Part shown: positions 10,418-22,290 of the stretch, in pieces
How the letters are laid out: each line of letters starts with the position of its first letter
Position numbering within the stretch: the stretch's first letter is position 1
NCBI GenBank assembly: GCA_000002445.1
Contig: CM000208.1
Coordinates: 1,728,001-1,792,000 of the forward strand
DNA length: 64,000 nucleotides
Reading direction: 5' to 3'
DNA from: Trypanosoma brucei
Lineage: Eukaryota
Position numbers and translations under genes: made by a program
Notes under the pieces: generated by a model
Told to the model about the DNA's origin: nothing
Databases searched by the model: none
The model's input: only the letters and a program-made list of their open reading frames with translations

Positions 10418-12345
10418 TTGTGGACTACTTGCGTTGTGTAGTGTACTGGTAGCGGTTGCTTAATTACGAGGGAAACATGCTTGTTGCACATCTGTGTGGC
10501 TGGGGATGTGTTTGACCAATAATGATGATAACATCTGCGGCAGTGCTCGCGTGCACTTTAATTTATTTTTGTATGGGAAGAGTCACACACCATTTCTACC
10601 TTCCCTGCCTTCCGTGCTACAGTAGTTGTACCCGTTTCCGCTGTGCTGCAACCAATATGTTCATTTCACTATGCATTTCCAATACACACACACACACATG
10701 CACATACATTTTCCTTCTAGTATATGTACCGTAGCACCACAACGAATGCCCACCACCCTTGTGAGAATGATGAGATTGCCATCATACTATTGGAAGACGA
10801 GTCTGAACCCTGATGCATTTTATCATGCGGCACTGACGATCTTACATTGCGGTTAGTTGTGATCCCCTTGCCCATGTGTTTTTGTATGCTGCTTGCAGGA
10901 ACGTGGCAGGCTACCGAGGTCACACTCGTGCTTCGCGTGGTTCAACAACATGGTCCCAGATTGTAGGTTCTTTGTTACTGGTGTGTATGATGAGAAACCT
11001 ATTTTTATGTAACTCGGGAGAACTGAGCATATTACCTGATGAGTAAACAATCAATCGTTAGATAGTAGCACTGATGTTACCTCTTGGTTTTATGTGTGTT
11101 GTAACTTTCCACTGTTGTCATTATCATCCCCTTTAATAGCGAGTGGTCTTTGTGTGCATCTCCGCAAACCACTCGTCTACACCGGGGGAAAGATAAACGA
11201 GTGGAATGTTGTTAGTGTTGTGTGTCTGTGTCCGTCGTACTAGTAAAGGATGATGAGGATGCGGCCACCCCACGCGACGTGATGCGGTGTGTTGTTGACA
11301 CTGCAGGCGTGTAGTTTCCCCTCCGCTGCCGTTGCAAAAGCAAACCCATTTTGGGCAACATACGCAGCCGCGCGCCACAAGACGCCTCCACCGCTCGACG
11401 GGGTGCCGCCATGACGCGGGTCCCGAGCCAAAGTCCCTCGCCCGAATTTCCGAAGGCAGTGAGTGCCTCGCGTGGGGAGACCTGCGCGCAGTAAAACCTC
11501 GTGCCGCTGGCGGTGCGGGGGCCACCGGCTGTGGTGGTTGATCCCCTCTGGTGGATCCCACAGCAGCAACTACGCGGGCCGTACTTTCGTCGGTGCGAGA
11601 CTCCCCACCCGGTGGTATGAATGGCGGGCACCACTGAGTACACGTATAGCCATGAGCGGCATGTGCAGAAGAGGGCTTACAAAGGAGGCAGCGCGAGCGA
11701 GCGAATGGGTAACACTGGCGCGCTGCAGAGAAAGCATCATCATTTCACCGCATCCGTTTGCGGGCGTGTGGTGCGCACCCGCTGACTCGCATATGCGTTC
11801 ACATTCACCTCCTCCTTCTTTTCTCATTTTTATCCCCTACTTGAGAACAGATACAAACTACCCCACCTTGCCATACCCCTTCACACGCCTATTATGTATT
11901 GTACCTGCACCATCACGTGATGAGCATTCAATTCACATCGCGACACACCGATGATTCAAATGAGTGAGCTACGAATGGAATAAATTAAATCGAGAAAGAA
12001 CAGCTGAGATGCCTACGTGCTTGTGCGCTTGTGCTACTTCCCCTCTTGTAGTCCCCCTTCTATACCTGTGTCGTCGTCATTCCATCTTAATCGAAGGTGA
12101 TGTCTGTTCCTGATGACGAGCACTCATTTCAAGCTGCGCGAGCATAAGCGTGTTGCTCCGTGGTCGGGTGACGTGCGAGACACCGCTCACACCCTATTAC
12201 TGTGATGGGTGCCCACTAGCCTTGTGAGAATGATGAGATTGCCATCATACTATTGGAAGACGAGTCTGAACCCTGATGCATTTTATCATGCGGCACTGAC
12301 GATCTTACATTGCGGTTAGTTGTGATCCCCTTGCCCATGTGTTTT
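10098..12345. repeat. Segmental duplication, copy 2 (the parental copy): the 3' end of the intact peptidase gene plus its downstream region. It contains 1.09 tandem copies of the ~1.47-kb unit (10743..12218, then a partial unit at 12219..12345).
   Basis: Matches 363..2953 (see copy 1). The internal repeat 12219..12345 equals 10743..10869. Confidence 0.9.
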
Positions 12346-12382
12346 ATCTCTTTGTGTTTTTTTTTGACATTAGTTTGTACGC

Positions 12383-12937
12383 ATGTCGTCTTTAGACTCT
12401 GTTAGAGAAGATATCCTCGATGTTTTTCATATTTTTGATGAAGACGGATCGGGCAGCATTACTATGCAAGAGCTCAAAAGGGCAATTTACACAATAACTG
12501 GAATTCGTATATCGCGTATTGATCTTTCCATACTGGTTCGGACATGTAAAGAAGAGATGTTGAAGGAGTCTGCCAGGAAATCGGAAGCTGGTGCTAATGT
12601 AGCTGGAAAAGCGGGGGAAAAGTTGTGGACACCTGAACCGGAGTCTGAGGTGAACACTGTTGATCCTCAGTTGTTTGCAGCTGTTGTGTTGAAGACGTTG
12701 AATAGACGAACGCAGGAGCAGGAACTGCTTTTTACCTTCCGTCTTCTCGAAGATAAGGATTATCCAGGTTTTATTACGAAAGATAGTTTGAAACGGGCAT
12801 CTGCAGATATTGACGAGCATTTGACAGATCAGGAGGTGAATGAGATGTTTGACAAACTTGTCACCGGGGTGTCCGCTGCTGCAATCGATTTTGTAACTTT
12901 TTCTTCGCTGATGGAAACACTACGAAAGTCGATTTAG
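12383..12937 (+). CDS. EF-hand domain protein (calmodulin/centrin-like), 184 aa.
   Basis: ATG at 12383. Canonical EF-hand loop DEDGSGSITMQEL; a second degenerate loop DKDYPGFITKDS. Confidence 0.7.
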   Translation: MSSLDSVREDILDVFHIFDEDGSGSITMQELKRAIYTITGIRISRIDLSILVRTCKEEMLKESARKSEAGANVAGKAGEKLWTPEPESEVNTVDPQLFAAVVLKTLNRRTQEQELLFTFRLLEDKDYPGFITKDSLKRASADIDEHLTDQEVNEMFDKLVTGVSAAAIDFVTFSSLMETLRKSI

Positions 12938-13534
12938 TTGCCGGAGTTTGTGTCTGCTTCTGTTGCGTGCAGCTTTTGTGGTGCTTCTTATTTATATTTC
13001 ATTGAGGTTGGGTCGCGCCCGTGAAAGTGCTCTGCTCTGACATATTTGTATATGTTTCTAATAGTTTTAGCTTGTTGCTTCATTCCTTCGCATTGTTGGG
13101 TGGCAGCAACGGAGAGGCTCCGTTTTTCATCTCTTTCTGCTCTTTTGCAGTGTTCTACCGGATGCTGCTGGATGTTATTTTCGTCTGTTTGTTTGTTTGT
13201 TTTTTCGTTCCCCTGTTTGCTTTCTCGAGAATTGATGGATGTACATGTGTGTTCTTTCTTTCGTTGGAGTATGTCATGTCAGAGGTTGGAGGTATTCTTT
13301 TCTCAAGGACGCTTGGATGAGGCTGATTCTTTTTTTTGTCACTTTTCACGCCCTTTGGTTAGCTTAGTCACTGTCTCATAAGGAGGGAAGGGGGTCACGT
13401 AAGGAGGGGTCGGCGACAGCAAGGATAACAGAACAAAAACTGCTGCGGGGTGAAAGCAAAAAGTCCTCTTGTTTTATAGTAAAAAAAAAAAAAGAAGAGG
13501 TGTAGAACCGTTGTCTCCCCCACAAAAGTTTGCA

Positions 13535-13981
13535 ATGACTGGCAATTCGCATTGTGTCTTGTGTAAGCGTTCCTTTGGCATTTTTTTGTGGAAACACAAA
13601 TGTGCGAAGTGTAATAGAAATGTCTGCGACGATTGTGCACCGAAAGTGAGTGGAGTGAGAAAATGTGAAGAGTGTTCCGCAGTGAAACCGGCTGACAGTA
13701 GCGCAAAGACCCCAGCGAACCAACCGCGTGTTCAGGGGTCAGAGGAAAATCCCGTCCTTGAAGCTGCCATGCGCCGCAGACAACAACACATGCTCGGAGT
13801 GGGGCCAAATACTGTTAACTCAGAGGAAAAAATTAGGCTGCTAACAGAGATTACTACAATCCTGAAACAGCGTGGAGAAGACGAACCGTTCGGTCTTCGC
13901 TCTATGGACGAAACAAAGCTGCGTGTTTACCTTCGGCATATTCGAGAAAAATACGGGATTACGGCTGTTAAACAATCATAG
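13535..13981 (+). CDS. Small FYVE-type zinc-finger protein (~148 aa).
   Basis: The track ORF starts at TTG 13469, inside a poly(A) tract; the first ATG is 13535. Cys pattern CVLCKRSFGIFLWKHKCAKCNRNVCDDC...CEEC. It resembles the FYVE consensus C-x2-C...(R/K)HHC-x-x-CG...C-x2-C, including the basic WKHKC patch. Confidence 0.6.
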   Translation: MTGNSHCVLCKRSFGIFLWKHKCAKCNRNVCDDCAPKVSGVRKCEECSAVKPADSSAKTPANQPRVQGSEENPVLEAAMRRRQQHMLGVGPNTVNSEEKIRLLTEITTILKQRGEDEPFGLRSMDETKLRVYLRHIREKYGITAVKQS

Positions 13982-15356
13982 GACCAGCAGCGATACGATG
14001 CGCATTTCCCAGACCATTTTTTGTACCCCATTGATGAGGATGTGGGAAAAGAAAAAGATGAATACAGTGCGGCTGCCAGACGTATGTGCCTCTTAATTGC
14101 ACGCAGCAATGTGCGCATTTTGTAGTCTGCTCCGTAATGACTTGTTTGATATTTCTTACGAGTTGTGGCAGCCTGCGACTTAACACGCTTGTGGTAACAC
14201 CCAGACCATATCATGCGCGGGAGTTGGTGGCAAACAGTCCGTCGTTGCCTCCCTAAATATTTTTTTTTGTGTCAGCTCCCTTTCTTTCAGTAATGGAAAG
14301 GACATGTTTAAACGAAATGTGAGGTGAATAATTGCATTGCCGTTTTGAAGGTGTGTGTTTTTCTCCCCGCTGGTGATCTGGCAACGCCAGGACCAATGAC
14401 AGTTCTCGTGTGATGTCATGATGATTGAAACCGGGTCGTGTAAGTGCGTAAAATCATCATCGAGTGTATCGCGGGCTCACAGGATCCAATCAATGGGGGA
14501 GAGGAGAAAATATTGATTTGATTGCAGGAATTAAAGTGTGACACCGCCCCGGTGCTGGAGAGAGATAGAGAAGTCGTGGAGATATTATGAATTCTGTAAT
14601 GGAATATCTTTTCTCTTGCGCAAACTCCTCCAGGACGGAAAGGCGACAGTTGTGTTTTGTTTGCTTTGTGAGGTATTTGGTGTTGGTGTCTGTTTACAAT
14701 GGAATAAAGGGAGAAAAGGTTGGGTGCATCAAAAAGCATCTGAAGGAAGGCAGTGGACATTTTCGAGAATGTAGGAAAAGAGAGATATCCATACTTTTTT
14801 TTCTTTTACCTTGTGCCGTGGATGGTGCCGAATTGTGGAGGTATTCTATTTTCTTTTGTACCTTTATATAATATGTAGGATGGGCAGTTATCATTATTAG
14901 CGTCCGGAGATTTTTAAAACGTTACTTTGTGTGTGTCGAACATTTTTGGGGGAACACAGTATTTATTGTTTTTTTCCGTCGGGGCGGTTGGTCGTTTTGT
15001 GAATGCAGCTTCCCGGTTATTTTCAAGTTCGTTTCCGAATATGTCACGTGGAGTTGAACGCTATGTGGCAGTGTTAACGTTGTTCGCGTGGCATTTCGTA
15101 AGCATGATGTGTTCAGTTTCCAGAAACTTGTGCATATATATATATATCCTATATTATTTTCTGCAAAATGCCTTCATTCACATTTACCATTCACCGTCGC
15201 CGTTTCCTTTTTTCTCTGGAAGCCGAGTGGCATCCTGCACTCGCCAAAACCAGTAATAGAAAAGAAAGTAGGGTACTCATAGCGAACTGCGTAAGCGCCG
15301 GCGTGTGCGCTTCGCAGAACATAGAGAAGTTGTGGAAGGCGCGCTGTAGGTTTGAC

Positions 15357-16355
15357 ATGAAGACAGTATACATTGTAGCGATGTGCGCAGGCGGTGGCGG
15401 ACTTCTTTGTATCCTCTTGGTAATCACCATATGCGTCCTCCGCAAGCGAACGAAGACGAGCAATACCGACGACGACGACAGCGCCGCGCAAAGTGGATGT
15501 GCACTTCACTACATAGATATGTCCGGTAATGAACGCGTCCTTGATGTGAACGCATTGGGTGCCAGAGACGGAATCACACTGTTGGCCACTATTGCTAATC
15601 ACTGCGGCGTGCAAGACTCTTCGGCGATTGCACTCACGTATGTGAATGATGCTCGTCGGTGTGTTGAAGTCGATCCTGATCTTCTGCTCCGAAGCGATGG
15701 GGAGTTGTCCGACCGGCTGATGCAGAGCAAGTTTTTCCCACTAAGGCTGGGATGGCGTGTGAAGCCACCACAACCAGAACAGAAAAGGCACCAAAAACAG
15801 CGTGTCGATGAGGACGCTAAGGCTTGTAGTGCTGAGGAAAGCCGTATTGCAACAAGAATCCACGAATGCCCTCAAGAGATGGCGAATGGCAGCTACAAGG
15901 ATGTAGTTGGCTCCACCCCGCTTCCACTTATTCTACCAACCAACTCGCACATCACATCCAGCAACCCCATAACAATTACTGCGGCACAGTACACCGTTGA
16001 AGGCTCTAACTACGTGCTGGATGTGAACACTGTCGTCGCGATGCAAGAGGCGTTACGTCAGCATACGCCCCGGTCCATTTTACTGGAAGATGGCTCAGTT
16101 ATACTTGTCGACCCCGCGAGGCGAACGGTGTGCTTGAGAACTCCTCAAGGCAATCAATGCGCGGTAACGGAGCATCCAGCTGGTGAACTCAAATATACCA
16201 TTGATAACAAGGGCGCTGGCCAGTGGTACCCATATAGATGTCCCATATATTTGCCACCCGGGCGGTGGTGTGTGAGGGCGGAGGCTTCGAGTGCGGATCA
16301 TCGTCGCGTTCGAACAACCTCCCGAGTTTTCACAGTAGATGTTGTTGAGAAATGA
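15357..16355 (+). CDS. Hypothetical membrane protein, 332 aa, with an N-terminal signal-anchor or transmembrane segment (MKTVYIVAMCAGGGGLLCILLVITICVLRKR).
   Basis: The long ORF nominally starts at ATG 15168. A polypyrimidine tract plus AG acceptor at ~15190-15226 lies inside that extension, so the first ATG after the acceptor (15357) is the likely start. The hydrophobic helix is followed by basic residues. Confidence 0.55.
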   Translation: MKTVYIVAMCAGGGGLLCILLVITICVLRKRTKTSNTDDDDSAAQSGCALHYIDMSGNERVLDVNALGARDGITLLATIANHCGVQDSSAIALTYVNDARRCVEVDPDLLLRSDGELSDRLMQSKFFPLRLGWRVKPPQPEQKRHQKQRVDEDAKACSAEESRIATRIHECPQEMANGSYKDVVGSTPLPLILPTNSHITSSNPITITAAQYTVEGSNYVLDVNTVVAMQEALRQHTPRSILLEDGSVILVDPARRTVCLRTPQGNQCAVTEHPAGELKYTIDNKGAGQWYPYRCPIYLPPGRWCVRAEASSADHRRVRTTSRVFTVDVVEK

Positions 16356-17094
16356 TAGATCACATACCGAGAGGTGATACTACGCAACGATAGCGAGATA
16401 AGCGGATATAATTTTCATTTGTCGTCGTCAATGTTGTTGTTGTTGTTGTTTTGGTTCTAATTTTTTTTTTTTTGGTGCGAGCGCTACTTCATTGTCTATG
16501 TGGAAAGCACCCAGTTCAGTGGTTTGACTTGTGCCACTGTTACCACCGGTTATTTATTTATTGTCTTACCCCTTTATTTTCTACTTGAACATGTATTTCA
16601 AACTTCTTGTGTTCCTGTGAGTATTCCCCCAAACCGGGTTCCCAATTACGCATATTTTTGATGGTGATGATGATGATATGTTGTATCCTAACATAAATAA
16701 GTTGGCTCGAAAGAAGTGGAAATATATAAATGAACAACGAATGTTAAGAGCGGGGAATCTGTCGGTAATTAACGTCTTTGGTATCGTTGGGTGCGTCTGT
16801 ATTGATATGTAGAACGAAATGTCCCTCTGCAAACAGATTTCTTACGGTAAACACCTTCCGTTTCGGACCGAAAAGTTGTTGGATTTTTTGTCTTTGTTTT
16901 TTTTTTCTTGCTTGGGCGGCTATCATATTCCGATACGGCTCTTTATTATTATTTCTCGCCCTTTTTTTTCTCTGCAGACTCCTTTGTTCCCACCTCGCCC
17001 GTGTATTGCGCTTCCCGTGGGGGGTAAAGGGGTAAGAAGGTGGCGGCACATAGCTGTTCAGGTGAAAAAAAAAGAGGAAAACGAAAGTGTTGCA

Positions 17095-18735
17095 ATGAAC
17101 ATTTCTGATATCGTGGGAGAGGTGATAACTGATGCAGTGGACGACAGACACTACTCGCACCTGGAGGCATTACTTGAGCATAACATTGATGAATTAATTA
17201 GGCGGTACCATGTCCTTGTGGGGCCCCTCAAAACATTAATGGAGATGGAATGCGGAGAGGCTGCTGCAGTGAATGGACCCTCACCCAAGAGCCACACGGG
17301 TGGGTCCGAGTTTCCGCAATGCTTCGCCATGGGCATGACATATTTCAGCCTTGCCATCATGCGAGGGCATGCTGCGGGAGGGATCGAAGATAGTGAAATC
17401 TCCTCTTTGATACTAACACTTGTGGAGCAGCATCTGTTATCACAGACATCAGGGGCATATAAACAACTCCGAGGTCATGCGCACGCGCTTCAACGCTTCG
17501 GGCAGTTGCTGAAGGGATATGTTGATCTTCTAGATCACAGCGATGTTGGGAATCACCTCCGTAAGCTTAGTTATCTTCAGAGTGCGGTGACGCTCTTTTC
17601 CCCATCAACTAACCATCTCACCGTTGCTCACCCACTTCTGGTGCGGGAGGCGGCGCGCAGTAACTGTCCAGCCCCTGCTCTGACTGTCATGCGGCAGCCA
17701 ATATTAGAATTATCGTGTGGAGAAACTGGCGCTGGACTCGCTTGTTGTTGTTCTTATTATTACGAGGGCGGCCTCTTGCTAGCCGCTATGCAGTGTTGGG
17801 AGTCGTCGGTTTCGTGGCTGCGAAACTCTCTGTCATTAGTGAAGGTTGTGTCGCGTGTGGGGAGTCCAGAACTTAAGGTAGTTTCCGCGACACCTTCTCT
17901 TTCTCCGGATGATACCGGTAACATCATAGTGTCTGCAACAAAAGCGTTCGTTCTCCTCTGCATTAGTGTCTACGGGGATTGGGGTGACGCTGCAGATCAC
18001 ATGAGAGTTCAGCAAGTTATTCAGCAGTATCGAAATAGCAATGTGGGATCGTACGTACGCCTGCTGGTGGCTGCGCAACGCCGTGATTTTGGGCAGTGGC
18101 ACACAATCAAAAGAAACTTTTCACCTGTTTGGGAACAGGATGGAACCGTGTCTCTTCTCGCCACAGCTGAATCACGACTGCAGCGGCACGTTGTCCTTGA
18201 TATCGCGAAAGTTTACAGTCGTGTGCGTCTCTCGACCATCGCGTCGGCGCTTCGTGTGTGTTGTCTCAGCGAGACAGAAGGTGGCGGCAACACATCAAGT
18301 GGTAGTGGTGACTCTGGGGAAAGCACACAAGGGAAAATTAACGCCGTTGAGCTGCTTTTATCAATGCGGGAAGATGGGGAACTCATCGCATCAGTCGAGC
18401 ATGTGCCTCGTAGGGAAGAGAGTGAAGAAGAAGCAGAGTTGAGTGAAGCGGAGGAAACGGCAGGTGATATTTCTGCGCAGCAACAGCATCTGGCTGTCAG
18501 GCTCGCTATTCCACCGAGGCGGATTCCTGCTGAGTTAGGTGAGAGTTGCAAAGTGTTCCATGATTTATACAGGCAGGGTGGAGAAAACCAGCACGTCATA
18601 GATGCGAAGATACAAGGAGTGTTGCACGGCGAAATTGAGCGGTGCAAGAGGGCGTATGCGGCACTGATGAAGGTGGCAATGGGTTCACGCGGCGTGGTGC
18701 CACCAGAATGTGAAGAAGCCCAAGTGATCGTGTGA
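17095..18735 (+). CDS. Hypothetical protein, 546 aa, no recognisable domain.
   Basis: The long ORF's 5' 90 codons (16819..17094) overlap a T-rich polypyrimidine tract and an AG acceptor at ~16975. The first downstream ATG is 17095 (MNISDIVGEV...). Confidence 0.6.
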   Translation: MNISDIVGEVITDAVDDRHYSHLEALLEHNIDELIRRYHVLVGPLKTLMEMECGEAAAVNGPSPKSHTGGSEFPQCFAMGMTYFSLAIMRGHAAGGIEDSEISSLILTLVEQHLLSQTSGAYKQLRGHAHALQRFGQLLKGYVDLLDHSDVGNHLRKLSYLQSAVTLFSPSTNHLTVAHPLLVREAARSNCPAPALTVMRQPILELSCGETGAGLACCCSYYYEGGLLLAAMQCWESSVSWLRNSLSLVKVVSRVGSPELKVVSATPSLSPDDTGNIIVSATKAFVLLCISVYGDWGDAADHMRVQQVIQQYRNSNVGSYVRLLVAAQRRDFGQWHTIKRNFSPVWEQDGTVSLLATAESRLQRHVVLDIAKVYSRVRLSTIASALRVCCLSETEGGGNTSSGSGDSGESTQGKINAVELLLSMREDGELIASVEHVPRREESEEEAELSEAEETAGDISAQQQHLAVRLAIPPRRIPAELGESCKVFHDLYRQGGENQHVIDAKIQGVLHGEIERCKRAYAALMKVAMGSRGVVPPECEEAQVIV

Positions 18736-19265
18736 GCAGGTTTTGACCGTGAGTCATGACTGAAATGTGTAAACAGTAACAGGATATGTTTGCGTTGGTA
18801 TACAAAATGTTTTGGACACGATTTTCATTTTACACGCTGCACTTGATTCTGTACTGGCCCTGAGCGGTCGCCCAACACCACTTAGTGAGTGTTTCCACTT
18901 TTTCATCTTTATCGGTGGCTGCTGGGCGTGCCCTTCCCCTTGGTGGTTGTTTGAAGTTGTTCGTTGATGTGCTTCTGTTTTCGTAATCCCTTTCTTTTTT
19001 TCGTTTCCATCGGTAGGTTGTGAAACACGAGGTCGAGAAGGCGCAACATTCACATATGTACCCACGGAGTAGGGTCGCCCACTAAAGTGACGGAACACTA
19101 AAAGAACTGGGGCTCCTTGCAGAAGAGAAAGAGGGCAGGTGCATACTGAAGGTCTTGTGTCCGTGTATTTGTGAAGAGCCCACATTCTTGAGTAATAACA
19201 CACACAGTAGTTTACCTTTTCAATTTTTTTTTATAAAAAATATGTTCCTTTTGCCAAGGGAAGTA

Positions 19266-20549
19266 ATGAGGAAGTACGCCATATTTTCCTTAGCAATCAT
19301 ACTGTTGCTATTTACAGTAGTGAGCAGTGAGCCTGGTGAGCGCGATGCGGAGTCCGGGGTGAAGAGAGGGGACGAAAAGCAGAACCTCGTCCTCACTAAG
19401 CTAATTGTTCTCAACCGTCATGGTCACCGCGCCCCTAACGCCCCCTACTGGTCCATGTGCCCCAACGACAGAAAAAACCGCCGCAAGTACAACGTTGGCG
19501 CGGAGGACCTTACGGCGCGCGGCATGAAGGAGGAGTATGAATTGGGGGAGTATTTACGGAACGCGTATCGCGACTTTATTGGACCTCGCTTCAACCGAAG
19601 TCGGCACTTCCTGCGCGCCGTGGGCGAACCCCGAATTCTGCAGTCCGCTCAGGCGGTTGCCCAAGGGCTCTTTCCTGATGGTTATGGGCCCGGTGGCTAT
19701 CTTCCGCGACAACCTCAGTTTGTGCCCGTATTTTCTGATATGGATACTCATGAATATCTTCTCGACGACGTACCGTGCTTCCGCCGCGCTGAGAGGGATA
19801 TGCGCAGATGGTTGAACACTAGCTTGAGTGACTTCATTGCTGACCCTAAAGTCAGCGAGGTGTTAAACTATATGAAACGGATGTGTGGGGTGTCTGAGAA
19901 GGACATGCCACCCGTATATGCTTTTCTGAAAACTGTAGCCGACGGGATGACATTCAATGCCGATTTCGGACTGAGCGTGTGCCATGGGAAGGTAACACCC
20001 GAAATGCTCTTCAAAATACGCAAAGTATCACTACGACTTCTTATGGCGCGACTTTATCACACTGACGAGCAACAAACCTACACCTCTGTAGATTTACCAT
20101 ACCGGATACTCTATATGCTAAATCGGTCAACCTCCCCAGGTGCGAAGGGAGTGAACGATTACTCCGACACAGAGCAGGAAGCCATCCTGTATTTTATGCA
20201 TCGCGAGGCCCTGTACGCTGTTGGAGAGTTCTTTGGTTTCACATTTAATGTCCCAGGTCTGCCGCACGGGGAGCTGCCAGTGGCTTCTACAATTGTATGG
20301 GAGCGGTTGGTTCCTGAGAAGAGCGTCGGGGAAGAGATTGTGCCATCAAGAACGTACGTGCGTCTCATACTATGGACACCAAAGGATGGTACAGCCACGG
20401 TTGCCATACCGCACTGCAGAACACCCCAGCTTTGCACACTCAAAGAACTTCAGGATATATACAGTGCGCGGGTGAAGCGCACTGGATCGTGGTTGAAGCT
20501 GTGCAACTTCACAATCACAGAATTAGACCATGACACGGACATTCGTTAG
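19266..20549 (+). CDS. Histidine acid phosphatase (branch-2 histidine phosphatase superfamily), probably secreted or lysosomal. It has a signal peptide and no C-terminal TM.
   Basis: The track start at 19155 is TTG; the first ATG is 19266 (MRKYAIFSLAIILLLFTVVSS, a signal peptide). Catalytic RHGxRxP motif in LIVLNRHGHRAPN; HD-like motif downstream. Confidence 0.8.
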   Translation: MRKYAIFSLAIILLLFTVVSSEPGERDAESGVKRGDEKQNLVLTKLIVLNRHGHRAPNAPYWSMCPNDRKNRRKYNVGAEDLTARGMKEEYELGEYLRNAYRDFIGPRFNRSRHFLRAVGEPRILQSAQAVAQGLFPDGYGPGGYLPRQPQFVPVFSDMDTHEYLLDDVPCFRRAERDMRRWLNTSLSDFIADPKVSEVLNYMKRMCGVSEKDMPPVYAFLKTVADGMTFNADFGLSVCHGKVTPEMLFKIRKVSLRLLMARLYHTDEQQTYTSVDLPYRILYMLNRSTSPGAKGVNDYSDTEQEAILYFMHREALYAVGEFFGFTFNVPGLPHGELPVASTIVWERLVPEKSVGEEIVPSRTYVRLILWTPKDGTATVAIPHCRTPQLCTLKELQDIYSARVKRTGSWLKLCNFTITELDHDTDIR

Positions 20550-21483
20550 CCTAGTTTCCACACTGACAACCAGCCAGCAGACGTTCTGGAGTTCATCCGT
20601 CAATGGCACTGGTATTGTTAAGGGAATATACATATATATATATATATAGTACGTGTGTATGTCGGGGGGATGCAGCGAGGCAGGATCGGATAGATTATTA
20701 CGAGGACAAGAGCAGAGCGACGTGCATCCTGCTTCGTGAGAGAGGACGACAAAAGAAAGAAATTAAAGAATTGAAGGGAGGAAATCCCACAGACACGCAC
20801 GTAACAAACACTGGCAGTCACAACGTGCCATCATACAAGTTCGTTTCTGACAAAGCAATAATCACAGGAGAGCGTGGTCGGGGGGGGGGTCAGCCCGCAT
20901 CCAAATGCCCCTATTCATGTCCCAATGCTCACATGCATATATGAATTTAATCTATAATTTGCCAGATGGAGAACCATCGGCACGTTGGGGGGAGAAGGTC
21001 GTTGAGAAATACTACAGATATTTCCTATTTTACCTGTAAAGTTCTCTCCTCCTCTCCCCTTACTCCCCCTTTCCAGTATTTCAATAAGGATCCGGCACCT
21101 ATTGGTTCCCTTTGAAAAGGGAAGGGTGAGACAACTGTGGTGTATTTTTTCTGGGGACTGGACACCTGATACGTTGTTGCTGGTGGGCTGTGATGCGGCC
21201 CTTCCGTGTTTTACAACTATGACCCTCCATGCCTTATTCTGATATAATTTGTTCAATCGTTGTCGTTCCCCTTTGTCTCTCCTTCTACGGTGCCGGTGCA
21301 GAAGCAGAATAACGAAACAATAAAAGTGTGACCGCTCGCTTCACCCAAGTCGACCACGGAAAACGTCACGCTTGTACTGTACGCGGGTTCTGGTGCATGG
21401 ACTGAGTTTTGATCGCGTTATTTTGTTTTAACTGTCATAACTGCTCAGGACAAACGACCAAGAGGAAATATAATACTTGCCTC

Positions 21484-22290
21484 ATGGATCCATCGAAGCG
21501 CATATGCCTGAAGAATATCCCACCCGAATGCACAAAACGTGAGATTGCGGAGTTCATCCGCAATCGCACCGGAGGCCAACCACACAGCATTGACCTCGGG
21601 CTTGACAGCAACGGCCGTGTGCGCCGCTACGCACATTTCTCAGTTGAAGGGGCGAAAAATGTCGTCTCAGCACTCACGGGGGCCACGTGGAAAGGTGTCA
21701 CAGTGAGTGCACTCCACGCCAATCCTCATTATACCTACCGTCTGGCCGAGTCACGACGGCGGCGCGAGCACTTGGAATCAGAGGAGAAGCAACAGAGAGA
21801 AGAATTATTGAGGAGAAAAACGGAGCGATGGCTTGCGAAGACGGGTGGTGAATTACCAAAGGGAAGGCCACCAAAACCTTTTTTCGCGTCGAGACAACGT
21901 TACGCAGAGGTGGCCTCTGAAATAGCGAAAAAGAGCAGAGAAGAACACAGGGCAAAGCGCTTGCAGGGTCGTATGCAACAAACTGTCGGAGGCCCCAGTC
22001 GACGGTGGGCTAGAGAGAGTCTAATAGATAAAGCAACGAGTGGACCAGTGCAACCCGGGGTGTCCTTTTCTAATTATTTGCGAAGCAGTTCGCATTGTGA
22101 GCACGAGGGTGGAAGTACAGACCCCAACTCAAGGGTTCTAAAACGTCAGAAGACGGAACGTGCGGGAAACCCGGCCATGAAACCGGTTCAGCAGCAGGAA
22201 ACACCGCAGACAGTCGGACCCACAAGGGAAGAAAGGAAATTGAGTGGTCTAAAGGCGAAACTGGAGGCGTTACGCGCCAAAATGAAGTAA
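21484..22290 (+). CDS. Putative RNA-binding protein with one RRM-like domain and a basic/acidic low-complexity C-terminus (268 aa).
   Basis: The track start at 21409 is TTG; the first ATG is 21484 (MDPSKRICLKNIPPE). RNP2-like ICLKNIP and RNP1-like RRYAHFSVEG; RE/K-rich tail. Confidence 0.5.
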   Translation: MDPSKRICLKNIPPECTKREIAEFIRNRTGGQPHSIDLGLDSNGRVRRYAHFSVEGAKNVVSALTGATWKGVTVSALHANPHYTYRLAESRRRREHLESEEKQQREELLRRKTERWLAKTGGELPKGRPPKPFFASRQRYAEVASEIAKKSREEHRAKRLQGRMQQTVGGPSRRWARESLIDKATSGPVQPGVSFSNYLRSSSHCEHEGGSTDPNSRVLKRQKTERAGNPAMKPVQQQETPQTVGPTREERKLSGLKAKLEALRAKMK

